From contig DHHB01000033.1 in assembly GCA_002403075.1 (NCBI GenBank), forward strand, positions 198 through 42,539: 42,342 nt of DNA. The letters are read 5' to 3'. This DNA comes from a bacterium UBP1_UBA4783 (GTDB lineage Bacteria; Krumholzibacteriota; Krumholzibacteriia; Krumholzibacteriales; Krumholzibacteriaceae). A program made the translations under genes and the position numbers. The notes below the pieces were generated by a model that was not told the origin of the DNA, did no database searches, and saw only the letters and a list, made by a program, of their open reading frames with translations. Each line of letters begins with the position of its first letter. Position 1 is the first letter of the stretch. This document shows, piece by piece, positions 9,787-19,406 of the stretch.

Positions 9787-10578
9787 CTAGGACGACGGCG
9801 CGAAGATGATGCGGAAGATGAGCGAGGCGAGCAGATAGTTGGAGATGAGGATGAGCAGGCACGAGGCGACGACCGCCTTCATCGTCGCCACGCCGACCCC
9901 CTCGGCCCCGCCCCGCGTCTCGAATCCGTGGTAGCACCCCATGAGCGCGATGATGTAGCCGAACGCGAAGGTCTTCATGAGCCCGCCCACGAGGTCCTGC
10001 TGCCGAAAGAGGAGCTTGAGTCCCGTCTCGAACGTGTGGAAGCTCACCCCGATCGATATGTTCGCGACGACCGCGGCCCCGAAGATGGCGAGGAAATCCG
10101 AGAAGATCGTGAGCGCGGGCAGCATGATCGTCGCGGCCACGACGCGCGGGAGGACGAGGTACTCGACCGGGTCGATGGCGATCATCTCGAGCGCGTCGAC
10201 CTGCTCGGTGACCTTCATCGTGCCGATCTCCGCCGCGATCGAGGCGCTCACGCGCCCGCCGACGACCAGCGCCGTGAGAACGGGGCCGAGTTCGAGCGTG
10301 ACCGACTTGCCGACGACCGTCCCGATGAACTTGTACGGCACGTAGCCGTGGAACTGGTACGCCGCCTGAATCGCCGTGACGGCCCCGACGAACAGCGAGG
10401 TCACGCAGACGAGCGGGATCGAGCCGATGCCGATCCGGTCCATCTGCTGAAACACCGCGCGCGCGTTCGCGAAGGTCCGCGGCAGAAGCTGCGTCGTCCG
10501 CCAGATGAGGATGCCGAGGCCGCCGATCTCCTGAACGAGCTCGAGCAGGAATCTTCCGAGGAGGGTGAACGGCGCCAC
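9787..10578 (-). CDS. mlaE: MlaE-like ABC transporter permease
   Basis: ELGPVLTALVVGGRV, AAEIGTMKVTEQVDAL, GGAEGVGVAT. Confidence 0.93.
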   Translation of the reverse strand: MAPFTLLGRFLLELVQEIGGLGILIWRTTQLLPRTFANARAVFQQMDRIGIGSIPLVCVTSLFVGAVTAIQAAYQFHGYVPYKFIGTVVGKSVTLELGPVLTALVVGGRVSASIAAEIGTMKVTEQVDALEMIAIDPVEYLVLPRVVAATIMLPALTIFSDFLAIFGAAVVANISIGVSFHTFETGLKLLFRQQDLVGGLMKTFAFGYIIALMGCYHGFETRGGAEGVGVATMKAVVASCLLILISNYLLASLIFRIIFAPSS

Positions 10579-11967
10579 CTAGTACACCTCCGGCCTCGGC
10601 GCCACGCCTTCGGGCGCCGCGGAATGGAAGCGCGTGTACGTTTTCTCGAAGACGAGCGGCACCATCCCCGTCGGTCCGTTCCGCTGCTTGCCGATGATGA
10701 GCTCCGCCTTTCCCTGCTTGTCAGGGTCCTCCGGATCGTAGAACTCGGGCCGGTAGAGAAAGAGCACGAGATCGGCGTCCTGCTCGATGGCCCCGGATTC
10801 GCGCAGATCCGAAAGCATCGGCCGCCGGTCGCCGCCGCGCGCCTCGACCGCCCGCGAGAGCTGGGAGAGCGCGATGACGGGGATCGCGAGCTCCTTCGCG
10901 AGCGCCTTGAGCGAGCGCGAGATCGATGAGATCTCCTGCTGCCGGTTCTCCGCGCGCTCGCTGCACCGCGCGAGCTGGAGGTAGTCGATGATGACGAGGG
11001 CGATGTCGTGCTCCGATTTGAGCCGCCGCGACCGCGCCCGCATGTCGAGGGTGGAGATCGCCGGCGTGTCGTCGATGAAGACCGGCGCGTCGCCGAGCAG
11101 CGCCGCGGCGTTCGTGAGCCGCTCGATGTCCTTCGCCTGCGTGAAGCCGCGCCGCACCTTCTGGGCGTCGACCTGCGCCTCGGAGCAGAGGAGGCGCTGG
11201 ACGAGCAGCTCTTTCGACATCTCGAGGCTGAACACGGCGACCGCCCGGCGCTCGGCGATCGCGACGTGCTGGGCTATGTTGAGCGCGAAGCTCGTCTTTC
11301 CCATCGAGGGGCGCCCCGCGACGATGACGAGATCGCTCGGATGGAACCCGGCCGTGTACGCGTCGAGATCGACGAACCCGGTCGGGAGCCCCGTGACGCT
11401 TTCCCTCGTCTCGTGCACGCGCTGGATCTCGTCGAAGCGCTCCTTGAGGATCTCCTTGATGTGGATGAACCCCTGGCTCACGCGCGACTCGGATATCTTG
11501 AATATCTTCTGCTCGGACGCGTCGAGGATGGCGTCGGCCTCGCGGTCCGCGGCGAAGGCGTCCTCCGCGATCTCCGTCGAGGCGCGGATGAGCTGGCGCA
11601 GGATGTATTTGTCGAGAACGATCCGGGCGTAGTGCTCGATGTTCGCCGCGCTCGGCGTCGAATCGACGAGGTCGGTGAGGGCGGCGATCCCGCCGACCGC
11701 CTCGAGGTCTCCCGCCTTGCCCAGCTCCTCGGAGAGGGTCATGACGTCGATCGGCTCGCGCCGCGTGAAGAGGGAGAGCATCGCCCGGAAGATCCTGCCG
11801 TGCGCCGGCCGGTAAAACGCCTCCGGCGACACGATCTCGACGGCGCGCGTCGCCGCCTCCGGATCGAGGAGCACGCCGCCGAGAACCGCGCGCTCAGCGT
11901 CGAGGTTCTGCGGCGGAACGCGGTCGAGCGCGACGCGATTCGCTCGGACGCCGGCAGTGCTCTCCAT
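10579..11967 (-). CDS. dnaB: Replicative DNA helicase
   Basis: PPQNLDAERAVLG, AGRPSMGKT, FSLEM, IDYLQL, LSQLSR, DLRESGAIEQDAD; start at MESTAG after GGAGG; no intein. Confidence 0.97.
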   Translation of the reverse strand: MESTAGVRANRVALDRVPPQNLDAERAVLGGVLLDPEAATRAVEIVSPEAFYRPAHGRIFRAMLSLFTRREPIDVMTLSEELGKAGDLEAVGGIAALTDLVDSTPSAANIEHYARIVLDKYILRQLIRASTEIAEDAFAADREADAILDASEQKIFKISESRVSQGFIHIKEILKERFDEIQRVHETRESVTGLPTGFVDLDAYTAGFHPSDLVIVAGRPSMGKTSFALNIAQHVAIAERRAVAVFSLEMSKELLVQRLLCSEAQVDAQKVRRGFTQAKDIERLTNAAALLGDAPVFIDDTPAISTLDMRARSRRLKSEHDIALVIIDYLQLARCSERAENRQQEISSISRSLKALAKELAIPVIALSQLSRAVEARGGDRRPMLSDLRESGAIEQDADLVLFLYRPEFYDPEDPDKQGKAELIIGKQRNGPTGMVPLVFEKTYTRFHSAAPEGVAPRPEVY

Positions 11968-11969
11968 CG

Positions 11970-12782
11970 TCAATCCTCCCTGATGCGTTCGTCGTGGAGC
12001 CGCCGCATCGCCTGCAGGTCCTCCCACGCGTCGCGCTTCAGGTTCGGATTCCTGAGAAGCGCGGCGGGGTGATAGGTGACGGCGACCGGTATATCGCGAT
12101 AGTAGTGCACCGCCCGCCGGAGAATGGAAAGCGACGTCCCCTTCTTGAGGAGGCCGTGCGCGGCGATGCGCCCGAGCGCGCAGATGACGGCCGGGCGGAT
12201 GATCTCGAGCTGGCGCGCGAGGTACGGCTCGCAGGCGGCCATCTCCTCCTCCTGGGGATCGCGGTTGTTCGGGGGACGGCACTTCAGAATGTTCGTGATG
12301 TACACCTCGTCCCGGGAGAAGCCGATCGCGGCGAGCATCTTCGTGAGGAGCTGCCCGGCGCGCCCGACGAACGGAAGCCCCTGCAGGTCCTCCTCCCGTC
12401 CCGGCGCCTCCCCTATGAACACGATCTTCGAGGCCGGCGACCCGCTTCCGAACACGGTGCGCGTCCGGCCTTCGCAGAGCCCGCACCTGCGGCAGGACGA
12501 GACGAGACGATCGAGGGAGCCGAGATCGTGCGCGCCGAGATCGAGCCGCTCGACGGGCGCCGGCTCGCCGAAGAGCGAGCTCTGCGCCGGAGCGCTCCGG
12601 TCCCTTCCGGTGCGCTCTCCGCGATTCTCGCCGGCGGACGGCGCGGGAGAGGTCACGACCGGTATCCCGTCCGGCGGGGACGGCGCGCCGGCCGGAGCGG
12701 CGACCAGGTACACGACCTCGACGCCGCTCATGCGGCGGCGCTCGAGGTATCTTCTCGCGCCGTTCCTCGCGTCCCCGGCCAT
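11970..12782 (-). CDS. Uracil-DNA glycosylase, family 4 (Fe-S)
   Basis: [38 protein letters not shown]; low-complexity N-terminal extension. Confidence 0.92.
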   Translation of the reverse strand: MAGDARNGARRYLERRRMSGVEVVYLVAAPAGAPSPPDGIPVVTSPAPSAGENRGERTGRDRSAPAQSSLFGEPAPVERLDLGAHDLGSLDRLVSSCRRCGLCEGRTRTVFGSGSPASKIVFIGEAPGREEDLQGLPFVGRAGQLLTKMLAAIGFSRDEVYITNILKCRPPNNRDPQEEEMAACEPYLARQLEIIRPAVICALGRIAAHGLLKKGTSLSILRRAVHYYRDIPVAVTYHPAALLRNPNLKRDAWEDLQAMRRLHDERIRED

Positions 12783-12783
12783 G

Positions 12784-14025
12784 CTACCGTCTCCGCTTCC
12801 CGAGGCGCCGGTCCCGGACGAGCGCATCGACGATGCGGCGGGCCGCCTCTTCCTTCGAGACGACCGGCGTCGCGAAGAGCTTCGCCGTCCCCTTGAACAC
12901 GGTGACGCGGTTCGTCTCCGAGCCGAATCCGGTGCCGGGGCCGGGCTCGTTGAGGACCATGTAATCGCATCCCTTGTCGCGGGCTTTCCGCCGCGCGTTC
13001 GCCTCGCCGTTCTCCGTCTCGAGGGCGAAGCCGACGACGATCCGGCCGCCCTTTCGCTTCGCGAGCGAACGGAGGATGTCTTCGGTGGGACGCAGCTCGA
13101 TCGCGAGGCCCGCCTTCGTTCGTTTTATCTTCGCATCGGACGTCCGCGCGGGCGTGAAATCGGAAACGGCGGCCGCCATGACGCACACGTCGCACGAGCC
13201 GAACGCCTTCGCCACGGCGCGTTTCATGCCGGCGGCGTCCGAGACGCGCACCGTCTCGTCAGCGGCGGGGACGGGGACGTCCACCGCGCCGTGGACGAGG
13301 ATGACGCGCGCGCCGCGCGCGCGGGTCTCGCGGGCGACGGCGAATCCCATCCGCCCGGAGGACCGGTTCGTGAGGTAGCGCACGGGATCGATTGCCTCCT
13401 CGGTGCGCCCCGCCGTCACGAGGATCGTCGTCCCGGCGAGGTCGCCCGGCGCGAACGATTCCTCGATCCGGCGCGCGATCTCGTCGGGTTCCATCATCCG
13501 CCCGGGTCCGACGGCGCCGCACGCGAGGGATCCCGATCCGGCGTCGAGGACGATCCGGCCGTCGGCGCGGAGCCGCTCGACGTTGCGCGCCGTCGCGGGC
13601 GCGTTCCACATCGCTTCGTTCATCGCCGGAGCGAAGAGGACCGGCGCGCGGGCGGCGAGCAGCACCGTGCTCGCGACGTCGTCGGCGACGCCGAGGGCCG
13701 CTTTCGCGAGGATATCGGCGGTCGCGGGCGCCACGACGACGCGGTCGGCCCACTCGGAGAGCTCGACGTGCTGAATGGAGGGCCGGTCGCGGCGGGCGAA
13801 GAGATCGGTATGGACGGGGTTGCCGGAGAGCGTCTCGAAGGTGAGCGGCGTGACGAACTCGGCCGCCGCCCGGCTCATCACGACGCGCACCGACGCGCCG
13901 GCGCAGGTGAGGAGACGAACGAGCAGCGCCGATTTGTAGGCGGCGATGCCGCCCGTAACCACACAAAGGATCCGCTTGCCGGACAATCCTTCGGCGTGGT
14001 TACTTTTCCTCCTCTCGCTGCTCAT
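12784..14025 (-). CDS. coaBC: Bifunctional phosphopantothenoylcysteine decarboxylase/ligase
   Basis: [52 protein letters not shown]. Confidence 0.96.
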   Translation of the reverse strand: MSSERRKSNHAEGLSGKRILCVVTGGIAAYKSALLVRLLTCAGASVRVVMSRAAAEFVTPLTFETLSGNPVHTDLFARRDRPSIQHVELSEWADRVVVAPATADILAKAALGVADDVASTVLLAARAPVLFAPAMNEAMWNAPATARNVERLRADGRIVLDAGSGSLACGAVGPGRMMEPDEIARRIEESFAPGDLAGTTILVTAGRTEEAIDPVRYLTNRSSGRMGFAVARETRARGARVILVHGAVDVPVPAADETVRVSDAAGMKRAVAKAFGSCDVCVMAAAVSDFTPARTSDAKIKRTKAGLAIELRPTEDILRSLAKRKGGRIVVGFALETENGEANARRKARDKGCDYMVLNEPGPGTGFGSETNRVTVFKGTAKLFATPVVSKEEAARRIVDALVRDRRLGKRRR

Positions 14026-14194
14026 ATGCGAATTTCACTTTCCCGCTCATGAGGCGCTTCATCGCGACCGTCGTCGGCTTCTCCTCGATCTCCTCGCCGG
14101 CGGAGACGAGGATCTGGTTGATGCGGCGCGCCTCTTTCGCCATGACGCGAACCGCTTCATACCGGTTCGGGATGATGTCGAGAATTTTTTCCAT
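14000..14194 (-). CDS. rpoZ: RNA polymerase omega subunit
   Basis: 64 aa, [17 protein letters not shown]...KPTTVAM; canonical gmk-rpoZ-coaBC position. Confidence 0.88.
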   Translation of the reverse strand: MEKILDIIPNRYEAVRVMAKEARRINQILVSAGEEIEEKPTTVAMKRLMSGKVKFAYEQREEEK

Positions 14195-14313
14195 CGATCG
14201 AGTCCCGTCCTTTGCGCGTTCGAAACCGCTGTTTTTAAACGAGTTGTCCGTCGAGGGGCATGATCTCCGGGGGATCCGCTTCCCCCTTCGCCCGGCTCGA
14301 GGGCCGGGGAAAA

Positions 14314-14342
14314 ATACTAATACATCCCGAGCCGCCGCGCAA
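14314..14342 (-). promoter_or_regulatory. Putative internal sigma-70 promoter for rpoZ-coaBC
   Basis: TTGCGC-17 bp-TAGTAT in an AT-rich patch of the gmk-rpoZ gap. Confidence 0.45.
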
Positions 14343-14382
14343 TCCCAATCTGGGCCGCGGCTGGGCCGCGGCGCCGCCCTAC

Positions 14383-14982
14383 TCAGATGCTCGCGCGCTC
14401 GCGACGGAGCGCCTCGGCCCTGACGATCGCGAGACAGTCGTCGACGCACCGGTCGATCTCGTCGTTCACGACGATATAATCGTATCTTCCGTAATACGAT
14501 ATCTCGCGTCTCGCATTCTCGAGGCGGCGGCCGATGACCTCGGCGTCGTCCGTGGCGCGGCCGCGCAGGCGCTCCCGCAGCGCCTCGAAACCGGGCGGCA
14601 TGAGAAAGATCAGCACGGCCTCCGGATGGCTGTCTCGGACGAGCATCCCCCCCTGCACGTCGATCTCGAGGACGACGTTCATCCCCTCGTCGAGCATGCG
14701 GGCCACGAACGCGCCGGGGGTGCCGTAGAGGTTGCCGTGAACCTCCGCCCATTCGAGGAACGCGCCGGATTCCCGCCTGCGCTCGAACTCCTCGCGCGAG
14801 ACGAAGAAGTAGTCGACGCCGTCGCGCTCGTCCCCCCGCGGCGGCCGCGTCGTGACGGACACCGACGCCACGAGCCGGGACGAGCGCTCGAGCATGCGGT
14901 CGACGACGGTCGATTTTCCCGCGCCCGACGGGCCCGAAACGACGACGAGAAACGATTTCCGCACGACGTCGAAGGGCGGCAT
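14383..14982 (-). CDS. gmk: Guanylate kinase
   Basis: SGPSGAGKST, SVTTRPPR, DGVDYFF, EWAEVHGNLYGT, EIDVQG. Confidence 0.96.
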   Translation of the reverse strand: MPPFDVVRKSFLVVVSGPSGAGKSTVVDRMLERSSRLVASVSVTTRPPRGDERDGVDYFFVSREEFERRRESGAFLEWAEVHGNLYGTPGAFVARMLDEGMNVVLEIDVQGGMLVRDSHPEAVLIFLMPPGFEALRERLRGRATDDAEVIGRRLENARREISYYGRYDYIVVNDEIDRCVDDCLAIVRAEALRRERASI

Positions 14983-14990
14983 GGCGCTCG

Positions 14991-15866
14991 TCACTCCAGA
15001 TTCTGAACCTGTTCCCGGATCTTCTCGACGCCCTCCTTGAGGGCGAGGCATTCTCGTATGATCGAGGCGTCGGAGGCCTTGTTCGCCGTGGTCGTCGCTT
15101 CGCGATGCATCTCCTGGAGAAGGAAGGTGAGGCTTTTCGAGACCTCGTCCGCTTTTTCGAGAACGGCGCGGAACTGCACGAGATGGCTCCGAAGCCTCAC
15201 GAGCTCCTCGGAGAAGTCCATCCGCTCGGCCATGAGCGCGGCCTCGGTCATCCAGCGCGACTCGTCGACCTCGCCGCCGTCGATGAGCTGCCGCAGCCGC
15301 TCCTTCGCGCGGGCGATCGAGCGCCGCATCGCCGAGGGCGCCTTCTTCTCGATCCGCGCGACCCCTTTCTCGAGGCTGGAGAGCCGCCGGCTTATGTCCT
15401 TCGCGAGCTCCGCCCCTTCGTTCCGGCGCATCTCCCGGCAGCGCTCGAGCGCCGTCTCGAGCGAGCGGCGCACGCGCTCCCAGAGGTGTTCGGGCAGCGC
15501 CCCCTCGAGACTCGCCGAGAGGACGTCGGGGAGCGATATGAGCGTGCCGATGTCCACCCTGCCGGGGATCCCTTCTTCCATCGCGAACTCGGAGAGCATG
15601 TGGTAGGTCCGGCGCAGAAACTCCTTGTTGATCGTGAACCCCTCGCTCTCTATCCCCTTGTCGAACGCGACCGTCACGTACACGTGGCCCCGCTTGACGG
15701 AGCCGCGCACGATCTTTTCGATTTCGCGCTCGTACCCGTTGAGCGAACGGGGCACGCGTATCGAGCACTCGAGAAAGCGATGATTGACGGTGCGCACTTC
15801 GACCGCGACGGCGCCTCCCGCCTCGCGCACCTCCCCCTTCCCGTAGCCCGTCATGCTGATGATCAT
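14991..15866 (-). CDS. yicC: YicC/YloC family endoribonuclease
   Basis: SMTGYG, VRTVNHRFL, EELVRLRSH, FLLQEMHRE, IREQVQNLE. Confidence 0.93.
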   Translation of the reverse strand: MIISMTGYGKGEVREAGGAVAVEVRTVNHRFLECSIRVPRSLNGYEREIEKIVRGSVKRGHVYVTVAFDKGIESEGFTINKEFLRRTYHMLSEFAMEEGIPGRVDIGTLISLPDVLSASLEGALPEHLWERVRRSLETALERCREMRRNEGAELAKDISRRLSSLEKGVARIEKKAPSAMRRSIARAKERLRQLIDGGEVDESRWMTEAALMAERMDFSEELVRLRSHLVQFRAVLEKADEVSKSLTFLLQEMHREATTTANKASDASIIRECLALKEGVEKIREQVQNLE

Positions 15867-16016
15867 GCGGAATCTCCCTGTGCGTGTGAACCGCGGCGGC
15901 CGCCCGGGATCCCTCGCTCTCCCGCGGCGCGCGGCCGCGCGCGGGGACTGTAGCACGTTCCGGACGCGAACGGTAGCGATAAATGGGCGGGAGATCGGCC
16001 GGCTCGATCGAACGAT

Positions 16017-16045
16017 TTGACACCGCGTCCCGCCCCCCCTATCAT
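16017..16045 (+). promoter_or_regulatory. Sigma-70 promoter of the rqcH-like gene
   Basis: TTGACA (16017-16022), 17 bp, TATCAT (16040-16045). Confidence 0.8.
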
Positions 16046-16051
16046 TCGTTC

Positions 16052-17743
16052 GTGAACAGCCTCTCGATATACGCCCTCGGACTCGAGCTCGACGCCTCGC
16101 TCGCCGGCGCCGTCGTCTCCGCCGTGCTCCGCTGGCCGGAGGCGGCGACGATCGAGATCGCGGGGGCGCCGCTCGCGCGCCTGCACGTCCTCTATCACCT
16201 GCGCGAGCCGGAGCTCTGTCTTCTCTCCGATCCGCTCGGCCCCACCCGCTGCGCGAGCCGCTCGATGGAGGCCGCGGAAGGCCGGAGCATCCGGCGAGTC
16301 CGCCCTCTCGATCTCGAGCGGGTGCTCGTCGTGGAGCTCGGCGCGAGCGCGGGCCTCGGCGGAAGCGGGGAGGCGAAGCTTCGAATCGACCTCACGCCCG
16401 CGTCGCGTCCGCTCGCCCTGTACGACGGCGGCGCCGAGCGGCCGGCCGCTTCCCTTGGTCCGCGCCGCGGCCGCAGGCCGGCCGGCAGCGAGCACTCGCG
16501 CGCGCCGAAGCCGTATTCGCTGCTCTCCCTCCCCGAGACCGCCCCCGCGGCGATCGCCGCCCGCGCCGACGCCGGCGCCGAGTCACCCGAGGCGCCCGAG
16601 CACACGCGCCGCTGGAAGGGCGCGCGCGCGCTCGCCTCGGCGCTCGTGTCCTCGGTGGCCGGGATCGATCCCGCGCTGGCCGCCGCGATCGTCCGCGAGG
16701 CCGGCGCCGATCCGGACCGGGCGTGGGCGGTGCTCGCGGAGATCGCCCGGCGTCTCGCGTCCGGTCCTCGCGCGTGGCACGTATACCGGTTCGCCGAGTC
16801 GCCCTCGCCGTCGATCTATCCCCTGGAGCTTCCGCTCGCCGAGAGAGGCGAGAGGATGGACGGATTCGCGGACGCCTTCGCGGTCCGGGCGCGCGAGAGC
16901 GCCGTTCCGGGCTACGTCGAGCACCTGCGCCGGCGCGCGTCGCAGCACGCCCGGCGCGACACGAAGCGGCTCGAAAAGCTTCGCGAGAACCTCGCCGGCG
17001 ATCTCGCCGACGCGGCCCGCTCGTCGGAGTACCGGCATTTCGGCGATCTTCTCGCGACGTACCGGCACCTTCTCCGGGCGGGCATGAGCGAGATCACGGT
17101 GAAGGATTTCTCCGGAGATCGCAGCGTCACGGTGCCGCTCGATCCGTCGCGATCGCCGGATCGCAACATCCGGGCGTACTTCACGAAGGCCCGCAAGGGC
17201 GAGAAGGGCGCCTTCATCATCAAGGACCGCGCGCTCGCCGTCGATCGGGACATCGAGAGCCGCCGCGCCGAGATCGCCCGGATCGAGACGCTCCGGAGCG
17301 CCGCGGATCTCATCCCGCTCGTTCCTCCCGACTCCGCGCCGCGGGGGCGCGGCCGCGGCGACGACGAACCGCGGCGATTCCGCAGCTTTCCGATCGACGA
17401 GCGGCACACCGCGTACGTCGGGCGCAGCGACGGCGAGAACGACATACTCACCCACGAGTTCGCGGCTGCGTCCGATCTCTGGTTTCACGCCCAGGACGTG
17501 CCCGGCTCGCACGTGATCCTCAAGGGAGCGCACCGGTCGACGCCGCACGCCGTCATCGAAAAGGCCGCGGCGATCGCCGCGGCCTTCAGCAAGGCGAGGA
17601 ATTCGAAAACCGTTCCCGTGATCTACGCGGAGAAGCGGCACGTGCGCCGGCCCCGGAAATCGAAACCCGGCGCCGCGGTATGCCAGCGATCGAAGACGAT
17701 CTTCGTCAAGCCGGGGATACCCGGCGAAGCGGATGAAACGTAG
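16052..17743 (+). CDS. rqcH: NFACT/RqcH (FbpA-like) ribosome quality-control protein
   Basis: LDPSRSPDRNIRAYFTKARK coiled-coil region; NFACT-R motifs VGRSDGENDILT, LWFHAQDVPGSHVIL, AAAFSKAR; GTG 16052 preferred over ATG 15983 because of the promoter position. Confidence 0.85.
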   Translation: MNSLSIYALGLELDASLAGAVVSAVLRWPEAATIEIAGAPLARLHVLYHLREPELCLLSDPLGPTRCASRSMEAAEGRSIRRVRPLDLERVLVVELGASAGLGGSGEAKLRIDLTPASRPLALYDGGAERPAASLGPRRGRRPAGSEHSRAPKPYSLLSLPETAPAAIAARADAGAESPEAPEHTRRWKGARALASALVSSVAGIDPALAAAIVREAGADPDRAWAVLAEIARRLASGPRAWHVYRFAESPSPSIYPLELPLAERGERMDGFADAFAVRARESAVPGYVEHLRRRASQHARRDTKRLEKLRENLAGDLADAARSSEYRHFGDLLATYRHLLRAGMSEITVKDFSGDRSVTVPLDPSRSPDRNIRAYFTKARKGEKGAFIIKDRALAVDRDIESRRAEIARIETLRSAADLIPLVPPDSAPRGRGRGDDEPRRFRSFPIDERHTAYVGRSDGENDILTHEFAAASDLWFHAQDVPGSHVILKGAHRSTPHAVIEKAAAIAAAFSKARNSKTVPVIYAEKRHVRRPRKSKPGAAVCQRSKTIFVKPGIPGEADET

Positions 17744-17779
17744 GACGTCGCGCCGCCCAGAACTCCGGGCGCAAAGCCG

Positions 17780-18154
17780 CTATTTCTCCGCGTACCCCGT
17801 CTCCGTATTCAGTATGAAAGAGCCGGTTCCTCCGCCGTCGATGCCGAGGGTGACGGGCGGAAAGTACAGCCACTGCACGGAGACGTCGTACGAGTACGGG
17901 ACGGGCGAGGCGGCCTTCACCGTGAGCTTCACGTGGCTCACGTCGACGCTCTCGAACCGCACGTTCAGCGCGACGGGCGTATAGAAGGTGTAGGCGATCG
18001 TCTCGTACCGGATGACGCTCGTCGGCGGGAAAACGTACGCCGTCGATGACGTTTTGTTCACCGTCATCATGTATTCGTCCTGAGCCGATGCCGGCGCGAA
18101 CGTCGTGACGAGCATCGCGGCAAGGAGCGCGAGGATCGTTCTGCTGCCCTTCAT
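17780..18154 (-). CDS. Hypothetical secreted protein (124 aa)
   Basis: Strong RBS (AGGAGG), signal peptide MKGSRTILALLAAMLVTTFAPASA, beta-rich mature part. Confidence 0.75.
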   Translation of the reverse strand: MKGSRTILALLAAMLVTTFAPASAQDEYMMTVNKTSSTAYVFPPTSVIRYETIAYTFYTPVALNVRFESVDVSHVKLTVKAASPVPYSYDVSVQWLYFPPVTLGIDGGGTGSFILNTETGYAEK

Positions 18155-18329
18155 TCCGTCCTACCTCCTGTCCTCTCCTCCGGGGGAGAACCCGAACCGT
18201 CTCAGGGTTCGAAAAACAGCTCTTGCGGGCAGCAATCTCCGGAACCCCTCCTGAAATCAGTCGGATAGTATCATGTTTCGCGCGTTTTTTCCAGAAATAT
18301 TTTCGTTCCGGCCGCGCGGGCGGAAAACG

Positions 18330-19406
18330 TCACTTCTTCTTTTCCCGCATGAGGTTGCGCACCTCGCGGAGAAACTCCGGGGCGAAATCGCCCCCCAAGC
18401 GTTTAATTATTTTACCCCTCCGGAAGAGCACGGCGCCGCCTCTCGAGCCGGCGATCCCGATGTCGGCGTCCCTCGCTTCGCCCGGACCGTTGACCTCGCA
18501 TCCCATGACGGCGATCGTGACGCCGGATCGCGTGCCCATGATCTCCCGCTCGAGCCGCTCCGCGAGGCGCGCGACGTCGATCCACGAGCGGCCGCAGGTC
18601 GGACACGAGACGATCCGGGGGATGTCGGGCCGCAGACCGAGCGCCGAAAGCACGGCGGCGGCGACCGTCACCTCGCGCACCGGATTTCCCGACAGCGACA
18701 CGCGGACGGTGTCGCCGACGCCCTCGGAGAGGAGCATCGCGAGGGCGACGGCCGATTTCGCGGCGCCGCTCAGAGCCGGCCCGGCCTCCGTCACGCCGAC
18801 GTGGAGAGGGCAATCGTTCTCCGCGGCGAACATGCGGTTCGCCTCGACGGTCGCGAGCGGATCGGCCGATTTGAGACTGAAAACGAGATCGCGGAACCCC
18901 ATCCCCTCGACGAGGATCCTCGCCCGGCGCGCGCTTTCGAAGAGCGCGCGCGCCGGATCGCTCCGCCCGAGCGCGCGGAGATCGCGCTCGAGGCTCCCGG
19001 CGTTGACGCCGATCCGGATGGGGATCGACGCGGCTGCCGCGGCGTCGACGACGCGCCGCACGCGATCGTCCGAGCCGATGTTCCCCGGATTGATCCGGAG
19101 GCCGGCCGCCCCGGCGCGGGCGGCGCCGACGGCGAGGCGGTAGTCGAAATGAACGTCGGCGATGACCGGGATGGGGCTCCGCGCGGCGACCGCGGGGAGC
19201 GCCGCGAGATCGGCGCCGTCCTTCACGGCGACGCGCACGAGCTCGCAGCCCGCGCGGGCGAGCGAGCGGATCTCCCTCGTCGCGCGCCCGGCGTCCGCGG
19301 TCGGAGCGGTTGTCATCGACTGGATCGTGATCGGCGCGCCTCCCCCGACGAAGATCCCGCCGTACGAAACCCGTCGCGTTCGTCTGCGCGGCGCGAGCGC
19401 GCTCAT
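18330..19406 (-). CDS. ispG: HMBPP synthase
   Basis: ITIQSMT, IADVHFDY, RINPGNIG, IRIGVNAGSL, LHVGVTEAG, SCPTCGR, MGCEVNGPGE; ATGA overlap with selB. Confidence 0.96.
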   Translation of the reverse strand: MSALAPRRRTRRVSYGGIFVGGGAPITIQSMTTAPTADAGRATREIRSLARAGCELVRVAVKDGADLAALPAVAARSPIPVIADVHFDYRLAVGAARAGAAGLRINPGNIGSDDRVRRVVDAAAAASIPIRIGVNAGSLERDLRALGRSDPARALFESARRARILVEGMGFRDLVFSLKSADPLATVEANRMFAAENDCPLHVGVTEAGPALSGAAKSAVALAMLLSEGVGDTVRVSLSGNPVREVTVAAAVLSALGLRPDIPRIVSCPTCGRSWIDVARLAERLEREIMGTRSGVTIAVMGCEVNGPGEARDADIGIAGSRGGAVLFRRGKIIKRLGGDFAPEFLREVRNLMREKKK

